NCBI RefSeq assembly: GCF_009914755.1
Contig: NC_060932.1
DNA length: 64,000 nt
Reading direction: 5' to 3' (one strand)
DNA from: the human T2T-CHM13v2.0 reference genome, Homo sapiens
Below the pieces are notes generated by a model. That model was not told the origin of the DNA. It saw nothing but the letters and a program-made list of their open reading frames with translations, and did not search any database. Position 1 is the first letter of the stretch; each line of letters starts with the position of its first letter. A program made the position numbers and the translations under genes. Shown piece after piece: positions 24,618 to 40,330 of the stretch.

Positions 24618-27600
24618 CCTCTGCCTGCTGCACCAGGCAACCCCGCTGTGCACACGGCTCCGAGGGGCTCCCGGCTTCCTGCAGCCTCTGCTCCACCAGA
24701 GGCACCCTTGCCCCCAGCAGGTACAGGAGCAGCTGCTGGGACATGGGGGCGGGCTGAGCGCAGGGGGCTGGTGGCCTCTGTCCTGCCCTCCCACCAGTGC
24801 CCTTCACAGGGGTCAGCAGCCACGGGGACAAGAGCCACATCTTCCACCAGAGTCTGCCATCTGTCTGCCCCCCAGGGAGGGTCGGCTGTGACCTGACACC
24901 CAGCGGCATCATTGGGAATCAGTGGCTTGAGCTGAGATTCAGAGGCGATTCAGAGGTGTCCCAAAGGTGTCACTACTCAGCCCTGCCCCCCGCTCCCTGC
25001 ACCTCCTGTTCCTGCAGCTGCCACAGCATGAGGGACCAGAGGCCATGAAAGGCCTGAGCTCCTCCATACCATCCAGCCAGCTGCGAAGGGCATCCAGGGA
25101 CCCTGGGGATGCCTGCAGGAGGAATGACAGCTCCAGGGGCTGCCCTCCCCCCTACCCTGGCTGCTCCTGCCTCACCAGAGCCATCTGCCCCCCTCACTCA
25201 CCAGGCTTCAGTTCCACAGCCTGTCACCGCCATCTCCATCACCAGTGTCTGTCACCTCAATGGCACGGGGGCTCCACCAGGCCCAGGAGCTCCCAGAACA
25301 CCGCTGGCGGCAGGGACCCCCCAGACTTGGGGCCTAGCCCCCGTGTGGCTCCTCCTCAGCCCCCCGCAGCCCGACCATGAGGCCGGGTTTCCCCGTGGTG
25401 AGCACTGTGGGGCGAGGAGACCTGAAACAGATCTGGAAGAGGCCACCCAGCCCGCCCAGCCCCCTCGGCCCTGTGCTCAAGGCTGGGGCTAAGGCCACAT
25501 CCTCAGACTTACTGTCTGTGGCCACTGCTGCAGCAGGCCTGGGGGACGGAGGGAGCCCAGAGCCCAGGGGTCAGCTCCACCTTTACTGACGTCCCTGCCC
25601 CCAGCCTTCCCTCCCAGCCACAGCTTGGCCCGTCCCATCCAGCTGTCAGTGTGGCCAGTGCAGCCAGTCGAGCCACAGCCTCAGTGTTTTCCTCTTGACC
25701 CTGCCTCCTGCCGCCACTTGTTTCCAGGGAAACCAGGACCCGGCCCCAGCCATGTAAGTAGGAGAGACTGGGAAGGGGCTTCTCACCCTCCCCCTAGTTT
25801 CTTGCACCTCGGGGGAGGTGAATAGGCCAGGGTTGGAGGAACTCACTGCTCCCAAGGCCCGTCTGGCCCACTGGACTGAGCCCCCACGCTGGGCAGGCAG
25901 CCAGAGGGAGGGATTGCTGGCGGTGGATGCCAGGCCTGCCCTGGGAGGATCTGGGGGCGGGCAACATGGGGGTGCTGATCACACTCCTGTGGGCCAGGGA
26001 CTGAGGAGCTACAGGTGGGCTCTCCCGCCTCCTCCTCTGCAGCCATGCAGACCTCAAGGATCCCTGTCTCCTCACCTACACCCTCGATAGCCTCTCCATT
26101 CCCCAGCTGCCCCACCCCTGGGGACCCGACAGCCCCCACCCAAGACTTCCCACCACCCCAGACTGGCCGGTCTCGCTGCCAGGAACCTCCACCCTGTGGC
26201 CACGCCTTTCCCACCCAGGCCTGGAATGAACCTGCCCCTCCCCAGCCTGGAGCCCCCCTCTCCCAGGCCTGACAATGGGGAGAGGTGACTCCCCAGCGCA
26301 GGAGTGGGCGCCCCTGGTCCCTGCAGGTGCAGGGTGGTCAGCTGTGTCCGCAGGTGCCAGTGCAGACCCTCCCCCCACCCGCTGAGTCCTTCATCCAACA
26401 CTGGCCTCTACCGAGGAGTGGATGCTGTGTTGGGCACACAGGCCAAAGCCCACCTGTGCCCACCACTGTGCTGGGCCCCAGGCCCAGCAGGAGCCACCGC
26501 TGCTTGGGTAAGAGAGGGGACAGAGAGCAGGGGCCCAGCCTCCGGGCAGTCTGGACAGACACTGGGAGTCCCTGTGGGGCCCAGGCCCACCCCTGCCCGG
26601 GCATGTCTTTCTCACAGAGTTTGTGCTGCTGTTGCCTGGGGAACTTTCCATCAGAAGATGCTGGGTGGGGTGGGTAGGCAGGCCGGGCGGGCCCGCAGAC
26701 GCGCTGTGGGTGGATGGGTGGTGGACGCCTCTCCCGGGAGGGGCTGCTCTGGCCCACACCCTCGGACGGCCCACCCTGCCCACTCGTACCCCCACCTCCA
26801 GGCCCAGAGGTGCCAAGCATGTGAGCCCCACAGGATCCACGGTGGGCATCCCAGCACAGCCGCCAGGGAGGCCGGCACGTCTGCACCAGGGCCTGTACCA
26901 GGCAGGCCTCATGACCCCTCCTCTTCTCTCCTGGGGAGGAGGGGCAGGCGCCCTGGCTCCTGACGCCCTGGGTCGCCTCCCCGCCCAGGCAGGGCATGTG
27001 GGGTCTCTGTCAGAGCCTCCACAGGGCCGGCCACAGGGCTGAGGCCCAGGGTAGCCTCCAGCCACTCCTGCGCGGCACCTGGGGCAGGGTCTGGGCTGCA
27101 CCTGGCTCCTCCTGGAAAGGAACAGCAATGCTCGCCAGGCAGGACCCCAAAGCACAGCGGCCACCCCGCCTCCCCCAGGGGCTCTGACGGCCACTTTTCG
27201 AGTTGCGGGCACACCCAGCTCCTGGCAGCTCAGCTGACCACAGGGTCCCTTTCCACAGCGAGGCTTCGCCATCATAGCAGGGGCCCCGCCCTCCACGCCT
27301 GCGCCTGCACACAGAAGTAGGTGCCTTGCTGGGGCCCGAGGCCCCGTAGCTTGGGGCTCGTCCTGGGTGCTGCCACGGGACCTTCACACAAGCCTGGACG
27401 CTGCCATGGGTGGTCACGCAGGCCGCCTCTCTGCCATGACCTCCCTTCTCCCTGTCCTCTCCTTGCCCATTCAAGCTGACATCCTCTCCCAAGACCTCCC
27501 CTGGCTTCGTGCCCCTGACCCAGGCTGGGGACAGAGGTCTGGCCCCACCTGCACCCGAGGCTTTCTGCCTTCAGGGTATCACAGCCCCAGCACCGGGGCA

Positions 27601-28604
27601 GGGAAGCAGGCCCAGGAGGACCCTGTGTGCATGGCCTGAGGGCAGGCACAGATGAACCCGAGCAGGGAGGGGGAACACAGGCAGGGCCAGCACTGAAGAC
27701 GCAGCCCAGCCCAGTCCTAGCCCCGGCCGGCGCCCGAGGGACCTCCCAGTGGACACGCTGTGCGTGTCTGACAGCAGCCGTGGACCGCAGGCACACGGGT
27801 GTGCTCACGGGGCCTGGAGCAGTGCCAGGGTCTGGGGGGCCTGCGGAGGCAGGAGGCTTAGGGGCCGGAGTGTGCCAGGGCACAGGGCCTGGGGCTGGGA
27901 CTCCTGCTTCCCCTCTGGCCCAGGACAAGGAGCCGATGGGCACAGCAGGCACTCACTGAGGCACTTCTCCTCTCGGGGGGCTCCAAGCCCCTGGGAGGAA
28001 GGGGCTGGCAAGGGGAGGAGGGGTCCCAGGGAGAGCCAACTCCAGCAGAGACCTCGGCTGGCAGGAGTGGGGGTATAGGTTAAGATAAGAAGTGGCTTTT
28101 CTTTGCAAGATCTAAAGATTCACTAGGAAAAAAATATGGCAAGAATAATCGTTTCCACACTGACCACCAGCTCAGGTGTCTCTGTGATAGAAAAGCCCAG
28201 AGAGTTGGGGTCTTGGGCCCGAGGGGCCTGCACCCCATCCCAGTCGGGCAGAGCTCCTGGGCCCCTCGCAGGGCTGGAGAAGTGGTCACACGGCCGGTCC
28301 AAGGCCCTGCGGCCCCTTGGAGCAAGGGGTGGAGCCCAGACTCCAGCCGGTCCCCAGAAACCCAACTCAAACTGTCTTTAAAAACAGAAAATAAAAAAGG
28401 CAGCTCAGCTGGTAGCACTGACAGGGTGGGGGCGGGGTGCTGGAGCAGGGGGTTGCGTAGCGTCAGGCTGCGGCCTCCAGCCCGGGGAGCCCTGAGGGCC
28501 AGGACATCCAGGGCCAGGCCAGCACGAAGCCGACAGGACAGAGGAAGCCCATGAGCCTCTCTCCCGAAATTCTAGAAAAAGCACGTTAGTTCTCATCGGA
28601 TGGC

Positions 28605-29040
28605 CTGTTGTTCTGAGCTGAACTGTGTCCCCCAAAAAGACATGCCGAAGTCCTAATCCTAGTACCTGTGGACGCAACATTACTTGGAAATAGAGCACTT
28701 GCCAACGTCATCAAGTGAAGATGAGGTCACTAGGGTGGGTCCCAATCCTAATGGACTGGTGTCCTTACAAGAAAGCGCTGCCCTGTGAGGACGCGCCAGG
28801 GCACGCGCGGTGACGGAGGCAGAGGCTAAAGAGCTGTCGCCGCAGGCCCAGGACGGCCACAGGTTGGTAGCAAACAGCCAGAAGCTGAAGGAGCAGGGAG
28901 AGGTCGGCTCAGAGTTTCAGAGGAGCAGGCCCTGCCGACACCCTCTTCACAGGCTCTGGCCTCCAGAATTTCCAGATAACACGTCTCTGTTGTTTGAGCC
29001 CCCACTTTGTGGTGCTTGCTTGCGGCAGCCCCGGGAGACC
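28605..29040 (+). mobile_element. MaLR (MLT1-type) solo LTR
   Basis: ctgaactgtgtcccccaaaa...gaagtcctaatcc...ttggaaatagag...aagatgaggtca...ggcctccagaat...ttgtttgagcccccactttgtggt. Confidence 0.8.
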
Positions 29041-32000
29041 GGTCCACCTGAGCCATCTTGGGGGCCTGGAACGGGGGGCAGGGTCAGCCCGGCTGAGCTG
29101 TGGCCTGAGGGTGGGGAGGGAGTGGTTCCCCAGAAATGTCACTGCCAGGATCTGGGGCAGCGTGTGCTGAAAGATGTATCGGGGCAGGGCCTGGGAGGGG
29201 GTGAGCGCATCTCAGCAGACGCCGGGGAGGGAGAGGCGGAGGGCAGGGACTGGATTCATTCCAGCCCTCTGCATGCCGCAGCAGCCACCGCCTGAGACAA
29301 ACCCCCGAGGAGAGGGAACCCGCTGGCTGAGCCCAAGAGTCTGAGGCATGGTTGCTCAAATAAAAATGGACCTCGGCTGTGAAAACAGCACAGTTCACTT
29401 TTCGCCCACCTGTGTTTGTGGTCCGAGGTGGTGCCAGTTGTGTGACTATGGTTATGGACTCTAGGAGGCCTCGTGTGGCTTCAGAGGGCTGAGGGCGACG
29501 CTGGAGGACACGCTGAGTTCCTGATGGTTCCGTCGGGCTGAGCTGCGTCCGGATAAATGTGACAGGAAGCAGCTCGGACACACTGATGGCTGGAGGCCCT
29601 GCAGCTCCTGCTGCTTGGCATGCGCCGCGGGCCTGCGTGTCAGAGCCGCCTCTCTAGCTCGGCTCTTGCGGTCATGCTGGCCTTGGTCTCCACATGGCTT
29701 TGGGTTGGCTGTTCTTCGTGCCATTTTCTTTCTGGCTCCGTCTCCATCTCTGGAGTGGGAGGTGTCTGAACAGGCATGCGGAGCATCACCAGGTCCCAGT
29801 GCCACGACCCCCGGCACGGTGGGTCGCCATGATGCTGTGTGGCCTGCCAGGTGATAGGCGCCCTTGGGCCACATGGTGACAGAGGGTGCGAGGGTGCCAC
29901 TACCCCGTGATGAGCTGTAAACACACATTGTTATCCATCCCAGGAAAACACAAACTGCTTCTGTTCCTCTTTCTTGGCAGGTAAGGGAAGGGATGCCCTC
30001 CCGGGCTCTGGGAGATGTGCGTGTGCGGGATGCCACGTGACACAGCTGAACCTGAGGGGCCACTTTTGGCAAAGGCAGTGCGACAGGCCCGTGTCACGGG
30101 ACCCGTGGTCGCCGTGGTGATCCGCGTGGCAGCGCCGGGACTGCGGCCCTCAGGTGGTGGAGCCACCCCGCAGAGTCGCGCTCAGGGACAGCCGGGTGAC
30201 CACGGGCTGTGGAGCTGGGCACTGCGCTCCAGGGCAGGGCTTATGCCCTGAACCCGTAAGCAGTGCATCCTCAGCCTCTCCTCCCCAGTAAGTAGAACGC
30301 ATGGGCCTGGGGTGAAGAGGTGGAAATGGGAGGGGCCACACTCGCCATCCCTGCCGGTGCCCTCTTGCAGATCCTGCATCCCCTCCTGCAACCAGATACC
30401 GCCAAGGGCCGAGAGCCCAGTCTGAGCAGAGGACACTGAGGCCACCGCCACGCCAGGGCAGCTACTCCATTTTCAAGTGAACCTGAGCACAGCTCCTGGG
30501 TTGCATGAGGGGTGGGCTTGGTGGTGCCAAGCAAGAAAGGACAGGCATAGCGCCGGGGCTGACCGCGTGGGTGTGGGCTCAGGACCTGGAGGCCGTAGCT
30601 CGAGCACTCAGTCCAGCAGCCAGGAGCGGCTCCAGCAAGGGCCAGGCTGTGACCAGGGCTGGCTCAGACACCGCCGTGATCCCAGGAGGAATGAGCTGAT
30701 GGTGGGCTCCAGGGGTTACCGCCAGAGAGTAAGTATCCAGGCCTGGAACCTCCTGTGGGAAGGGGGTTGGCAGCTTCCAGGAAGGCCCTGCCTCCTGCAG
30801 CCCCGGTGGGCCCCCTCGCACCTGTATCTACTCCAGCAGGTACATTCCCGGGCCTCTCCAACACCCTGCACACCTGTCCAGTGCTCCCACGTCTCCGGCC
30901 GCCTGCCTAAGCACGGCTGCTGGCCCGATGTCCTTCCTCAGTACCGGATGCCTGCTTTCAAATGCTGTGTGGGGCTCATGAGCCATGGGCCCCGAACCAA
31001 CTGGGAAAGACCCAGCCTCCCCAATCTGTGGCGGGGTCTGTGCCTGATCCTGGCTGACTCGGGCCCGTCCTTGGCTCTCAGTCCACTGCAGTTGGTTTGG
31101 GGCCCACAGCTCATGAGCCCAGCACAGTCCCATGCCCTGCTGCCTCCGAAAGCTCCCTCGTCTCTGGCAGTGGGGGCCACGTCGGGGCTGTGATCTCCGC
31201 TGCAGCCAGAGAACTGTGGTGGGCAGCGTCCCCAGCGTCCCCTGTGTTCAGGTGGGCTGCGACACCGGGCCCCTCCTGACGTCCTGGCACCCGCCTTTCA
31301 CTCCCTCCTTCCTTGTCACCCCCAGAAGCACTCCTCCTCGCAGCCCCTGACGCAGGCTCTGCCGACCCCCAGCTGTGCAGCCAGCTGGGCCCCCAGGACC
31401 GCCAGTTCCACCTCCCGGAACTACCTTCCTTCCTCCACCGCACACTGGCCAGGGAGGGGCCGTCAGATGTTAGCAAACTCTTCCTGCCCAAGAGGCCACA
31501 CCTGCCAGCCCACTCTCAAAATCAGCCCTGGAGAAACTCCCCAAGCAAGAAGGGGTGTGGACTCCAGAAACCGCCCAGTGAGGCCCCGGTAGGGGGAGCT
31601 GTGGGCGGTGGGCTCTGCGCTTGCTGCTCCCCGGCCTGGTCTGCAGACCATCATCCACCCCTTCACCGCAGGCCACTGCCGCGGTCGATGGTGGCTTTGA
31701 GGAAAACCCTGGCTGGGTGACCAGTTGTGACAAGAGCTGGAGGCTAACATCGCCGGGCCCCTCCTCCAGCCACTGTCCTCTAAGCCCTGGGGCTGCAGGA
31801 AAGCAACCTGGGAAGCCCACCTCCCTCAAATGCATATGGGGGGATCCATGGCGCCCTGGCCCCCAGGACAGACCCTGTAGCCTGCCAGACAGCGGGGCAG
31901 CCGTGAACGTGCAGTGGGGGCGTGGGCCGCATCAGGCACAGACACGGCTGAGCGGCAGGTGCTGTGGAGGCAGCCAATGAGCCAGTGGACTTTCACATGA

Positions 32001-32468
32001 ACAAGGGGCGTGACCAGGCCGGAAGCAAGGGTGAGAGTTTGTTTAGGAAAAGTACCAGACCTGCTAGTGCAGGGACGCAGGCGGGGTGCCCAGCATCCCG
32101 GGGGCCAGGCCAGGGCCTTGCTGCTGGTGGCTGTGAAGGAAAAGGAGACCAAAAATATACAAGAAAATCCAGTGCTTTGGAGAATGGAGGTGAGAGGAGG
32201 CCCGGGAACCGCGGACTCGGGTTCCCCGGAGTTGGGGTGAAGGGGAAGATCTCACACAGAAAGGGTCAGGGGTCAGGGAGGCCACGGGGGAGACCCTGAA
32301 AACCCCACCCCGTGACCCAGAAGCCTCAGAGGCAAGAGGAAAATGGAAGGAACGTTGGGATAGAGAGAAACCTCCTAAAAGGGGCGTCACAAGGGCCTCC
32401 GATTTCTCAGCAGCAGCCCTGGCTAGGTGAGGACAGCTGCGTCTTGCTCTGAAGGAAAGAATAGCGGG

Positions 32469-32612
32469 CCTTAGACCTCCTTCCCCACCTTACAACTCCG
32501 TCCCCACCTTCGCCCTCTGTCCCCGACCTTAGACCTCCATCCCCGACCTTACGCCTCCGTCCCGATCTTAGACCTCCGTCCCCAGCCTCAAAGCTTCATC
32601 TCCGAACTTAGG
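32469..32612. repeat. Degenerate ~20-bp tandem repeat (ccttagacctccgtcccga-like)
   Basis: About 7 imperfect copies. Confidence 0.7.
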
Positions 32613-33216
32613 TCTTTGTCACTGGCCATCCAGATTTCTCTTAAACAGGAGGCCATCGTGAGAACAACCATCTCAGGCCCCCAGGCCCCCCATGGCGTGA
32701 ACATGTGGAGGGGTCAGGAAGGAGAAAATGAGAAAAGAATCTGACGGGGTGCGTGGCAGTCACGGCCGTAGGGCTGAGGGGAGAGGAGAAAGTGCAGCTC
32801 CACGCACGGTGCTCCGGGCCAGGTGCCGGCGAGGGGGGCCGGGGGAGCATGCGGCATGGATGCCGCTGAGAAGAGCAGGACGAGCTTGTCTGAGCCCCAA
32901 GGCAGCCGAGGTCAGAGCGGACGTGCAGGCCCCACTCACCAGGCCAGCAAAGGAAACGCAATGCGTCCCGGGCAAACCAATAAGCGAAAGCATAGTGTGT
33001 AGAGGCTGCAGAATAAGACGAGGAAATCTCTCCAAATACAGCAGGAGCTGCCGGACCCAGCCATGCTCACCCAGGAGGATACCCTCGGACCCCCCTGAGA
33101 AAGAGCAAATGAGACCCGGCAACTGGCGGGCTCCGAGGGACAATCTTAGAATAAAAAGACACGTGGGCCCAGGGCAGGAGGCACCAACCTCTGACCAACT
33201 AGAATCACAGGCGTGT

Positions 33217-33507
33217 GGCCGGGCGCGGTGGTTCACGCCTGTAATCCCAGCACTTTGGGAGGCTGAGGCAGGGGAATCACCTGAGGTCGGGAGTTCAAGA
33301 CCAGCCTGACCAACGTGGAGAAATCCCGTCTCTACTAAAAATACAAAATTAGCTGGGCATGGTGGTGCACACCTGTAATCCCAGCTACTCAGCAGGCTGA
33401 GGCAGGGGAATCGGCTTGAACCCGGGAGGCAGAGGTTGCGGTGAGCTGAGATCACGCCATTGCACTCCAGCTTAGGCAAGAAGAGTGAAACTCTGTCTCA
33501 AAAAAAA
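33217..33507 (+). mobile_element. Full-length Alu (S-type) with target-site duplication AGAATCACAG
   Basis: ggccgggcgcggtgg...gtctcaaaaaaaa; agaatcacag present before and after. Confidence 0.95.
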
Positions 33508-33826
33508 GAATCACAGATGCATGCCCAGGAGGGGAGGATGCCTGTCTACCACAGGGACAGCAGGCCCCAGCTTGCAGAATGGACCTCACAGACACCAGGA
33601 GCCAGAGAGACACAAACACAGAGGCTCTCATGGCTGACCCATGTTTTTTTTGTTTGTTTGTTTGTTTGTTTTTTGTTTTTTTTTGGCCCTGTGGGACACT
33701 TCTGCTCCTTCATCAGGCCACAGAGAAGTTTTGGAACAACCCAAATGGTCAATATCACACAGACAGTCCTCTGACCAAAATGCGTTAATTTAAATAATCT
33801 CTAACAAAAAGAATCCGACGAGGTGA

Positions 33827-34712
<886 letters not shown>

Positions 34713-34855
34713 CTTTGAAACTCTGAAGCCAAACAGTGGCCTCTCTCCAGCTACGAAAGTCTTAGATGGCCTCTTCTTCCAGTGGAAAGTTGTTTTGTCT
34801 ACATTGAAAATGTGTTGTTTAGGATAGCCACCTTCATCAGTGTTCTTAGCTTTGC
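34713..34855 (-). mobile_element. Tigger1-like (pogo) DNA transposon transposase fragment
   Basis: Translates as DEGGYPKQHIFNVDKTTFHWKKRPSKTFVAGE...GFRVSK, matching the Tigger/CENP-B DDE motif IFNVDET. Confidence 0.85.
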
Positions 34856-36691
34856 TGAACCAGGGACCCCATAACCCTACCCTAGGATTCAAGGTGGAAG
34901 ATACCATCCCAGGATGTGGGATGGAGGAGACAGTCCAGGTCTCTGAGGGAAAAGCAGAGAGAAAGGCAGGCAGGCACCATGTTTCCAGGCCACTGCCCCA
35001 GATCTCCGGAGTGCCTAGAGACGGCACTCTCTCCTGCCCTTCAGCTTGTGGTATCAAAAGTTCAGAGAGACGCTTGGAATTCCTAGGAATCCTGAGTCAG
35101 AAGCCCGAGATGGAGAGGGGACCCTGCTGGTCCTGAGTCCTTCTCTGCGGCCCAGATCCCTATCCCAGCTCCTAGAACCCATGCTCAGGGTTGCAGAGGG
35201 CAGGGCTGGCATGGGGGCAATCCCAGGGCAGTGAGCACTGGGACTCCCAGTGGGGTGTCGGCTCAGTGACTGGCAGAGCTGGCTTCGTGTTTCATAGACC
35301 CACATACGGTTTGTGAACTTTAGGGGGTCTTAAAAATGTAAAGGCCCTTATCATTGGATGTTAAAGCCCAATAATGACGTGATTATTATCTTGTAAAAGC
35401 TCCCTTGTCTTTGATAGACATACACAGATGATGGGCCGTGGGAGATGGACGGGGGTCCGGAGACGAAAGGCGGGCCATGAGCTCCTCACTGTTGAAGCTG
35501 GTGAGGTGCGCTTGGGAGCTCTTTATCCTATTCTGTTTACTTTAGCATGTTTGAATTTTCCACTATAAACACTTTAAAGAAATAACAGAAGGAATTGTCT
35601 TCTTGCTCATCTGATCCTGCGGCTCCGCGTGCCAGTGCTCACGCCCGCAGATCTTTGCTAGAGACTAAAGGTTTGATAGCTGTTTGCTTTGTACACTCAG
35701 GCCTCTTTTCCTTAACTTAATCATAAGCACCTCAGTCCCTTCAGGAACCTTTAGTTTCTTTTCCTAGAGCCATTTTGTTACTTAAAAGGATTTACAGGGT
35801 GCCTACCCAATTCATCAGGGATTTTAACCTCTGATGGGTGTGCCGGCCTACTCTTGACTTAATCCCTTCATTTAAGGCTGAGATCTATTACGCTCTGTCA
35901 CTCAAAGCATTTCTGCCTAGGGTTGAGAAGTAGTTGTCTCTTCTAGCTTTGTAAGTCCTCGATAATATGACTGGCTCCCTTCCCTTTCATTCCTGCTTAC
36001 AACGCAGCCTGTTCTTGTCTAAACATTTCTCTCTCTCTCAACATATACTTCACGTACCATAAAAGTCACCCCTTTAAAGTGTACAATTCGCAGTAGTTTT
36101 TAGTACAATTAGGTTATGCAACCATTACCACTATGTAATCCCAAAACAAACCCCACACCTTTTAATAGGAACTCTCCACCCCCTGGAAAGCTAATCTGCT
36201 TTCTGTCCTGGGGGATTTGCCTTTTCTGGGTATTTCATATTAAGGGAATCCTACAATATACCGTCTTTTGTGTCTAGCTTCTTTCATCTAGCATCTTGTG
36301 TTCAACGGTCATCCAAGCCATAGTATGTGTCAGAATTTCTTTCCTGTTCATGGCTGAGTAATATTCTATTGTAGGGAAATCCACATTCTCTTTATCCACT
36401 CACAGTTGATGGGCATTTGGGTTTTCACTTTTTAGCTATGATGAACAGTGCTCCCATGAACGTTGATGTTTAAGTTTCTGTACGGACATATGTTTTCCGT
36501 TCTTTTAGGTATATACCTAGGAATGGAGCTGCTGGGTCACACGGTAATTTGTGTTTAACTTTTTGAGGAACTATCATTGTTTTCCAAAGTGGCTGCACCA
36601 TTTTACATCCCCTCCAGCAATGTATGAGGATTTCAATTTCTCCACCTCTTCACCAACACTTGTTATTGTCCATTTTAAAAAATCAATCATG

Positions 36692-37005
36692 AGGCTGGGT
36701 GCAGTGGCTCACGCCTGTAATCCCAGCACTTTTGGAGGCCGAGGAGGGTGGATCACTTGAGGTCAGGAGTTTGAGACCAGCCTGCCCAACATGGTGAAAC
36801 CCCATCTCTACTGAGAATACAAAAAAAAAAAAAAATACCTGTACATCGTGGTGCATGCCTGTAGTCCCAGGTACTCGGGAAGCTGAGATGGTAGGATCAC
36901 CTGAGCCCAGGGAGGTGGTGGCTGCAGTGGGCCGTGATCGCACCACTGTACTCTAGTCTGGGCAACAGAGTGAGACCCTCCCTCAAAAAAAAATTAAAAA
37001 TAAAA
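36692..37005 (+). mobile_element. Alu
   Basis: ggctgggtgcagtggctcacgcctgtaatcccagc...A-tail. Confidence 0.93.
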
Positions 37006-37068
37006 TTAAATTGGGCTTTTGTCTTCTTATTGTTCAGTTGTGATGTTCTTTATGGATTCTAGATATAA

Positions 37069-37470
<402 letters not shown>

Positions 37471-37618
37471 CTCTTTTTGTTTTTGAAATGATGTCCTTTG
37501 AAACACAAAAGTTTTAAATTTTAATGAAGTCTAATTTATCTGGGTTTTTTCCTATGGTTGCTTGTGCTTTTGGTGTCATATCTAATAAGACTGCATAATT
37601 CAAAAGAACAAAAGTTTA

Positions 37619-38330
<712 letters not shown>

Positions 38331-38419
38331 GTCTGTTTTCTTCTAAGAGTTTACTAGTTTTAGCTCTTATCTTTAGGTATTTGATCCATTTTGAGTTAAG
38401 TTTTGTATGTGGTATATGA

Positions 38420-38788
<369 letters not shown>

Positions 38789-39001
38789 ACTTTAGCTCTT
38801 CAAATATTGTTTCCCTTAGCTCTTTGAACATATCTTCAATAATAGCTAATTTTAAGTCTTCATCTAGTAAGTCCAATGCCTGGGCTTCCTCAGGGGCTGT
38901 TTATGTTGATTCAATCTTCTTCAGTGTATGAGCATACTTTCTTGTTTCTTTGCATGTCTTATAACTTTTTGCTGAAAAGCAGACATTTAAAACAATATGG
39001 A

Positions 39002-39650
<649 letters not shown>

Positions 39651-40004
39651 CAACATAATGCGACAACTTTAGAAATTAGATTCTCTCCTCCCCTCCAGGA
39701 TTTGTTGTTGTCCTGCTTGCGGTAGTCCGACACACCTTCCCTTGTCAACGCCCTGCACGTGCGGCCACAGTGACCTACGTATTTCACGAGCTATATTTCC
39801 ACCCCTTCTCTTGGACACAAATTCACTGATTCGAAACCTGCTTCCCAGTTATCTTGGAGACAGTTTTGCCAAGTGTTTTGCATAATGCTGGTCTCTGCCC
39901 TTCTGATAAGTGCTTTGCGGTCAGGCCACTAGTCAGTGTCCCGTGGGGTTTGCAGTAGCAGCATCCCCCTCCCTGGCCTCAAAGTCCATCCACTGCGATA
40001 GGTT

Positions 40005-40330
40005 TGCTTATGTCACGTTCACAAGCCACCCCAGCGTCTCCAGCTTAAAGCCACAGCTTGTTCTCACTCGCACTGCATGGCAGGGGTTGGCTGAGTTTCT
40101 CTCTTCCGTCTTTGCTTCAGGACCCAGGCTGATGGAATGACTGCTGCCTAGAACATTGCAGGTCTTCCCAGATGAGACACAGAGGCTCTGGAGGGTCGTG
40201 CAATAGTAAGTAAATGCTCTGGCGTAAAGGTGCCATGTAAATACCTCCTCTCATTCCTCATTGGCCAATACTGGTCACATGGCACCACCTCATGACTCCC
40301 CGCCACGGTTCCCCTCCCGGCCATGATGGG
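40005..40330. mobile_element. Old MaLR (MLT1J/K-like) LTR fragment
   Basis: caagccaccccagcgtctccagcttaaa...tcattcctcattggccaatactggtcacatggc motifs. Confidence 0.5.

Larger units (their letters stand above)
19658..25112 (-). pseudogene. Unprocessed pseudogene / fossil spectraplakin C-terminal module (spectrin repeats, EF-hand region, GAS2/GAR)
   Basis: Exon-like segments 25003-25112 (SLDALRSWLDGMEEL...QLQEQE, frameshift), 24614-24732 (LLLYLLGARVPLVEQ...QQAEAR), 23952-24078 (GVLEQLFLAAHSFEVARTLSWL...CLQ), 23785-23866 (HVCDEAAARIQDVKVL*TGRRLVELLM), 23325-23533 (GDEAQLVEQPLQRLRD), 20008-20169 (FVAWQGRCLQWL...SQQDHTDSVQAS, frameshift) and 19658-~19750 (TLMVCIGGGWLALDDFLVKNDSGR). Most are bounded by AG/GT with matching phases. 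Confidence 0.8.

Noticed and set aside
23598-24896. Three overlapping 300-430-aa plus-strand ORFs
   Set aside because: Stop-free VNTR translations; the meaningful signal is on the minus strand.
25200-28000. Possible upstream exons of the fossil gene among many GC-rich ORFs
   Set aside because: No recognisable domain or consistent splice phase by eye.
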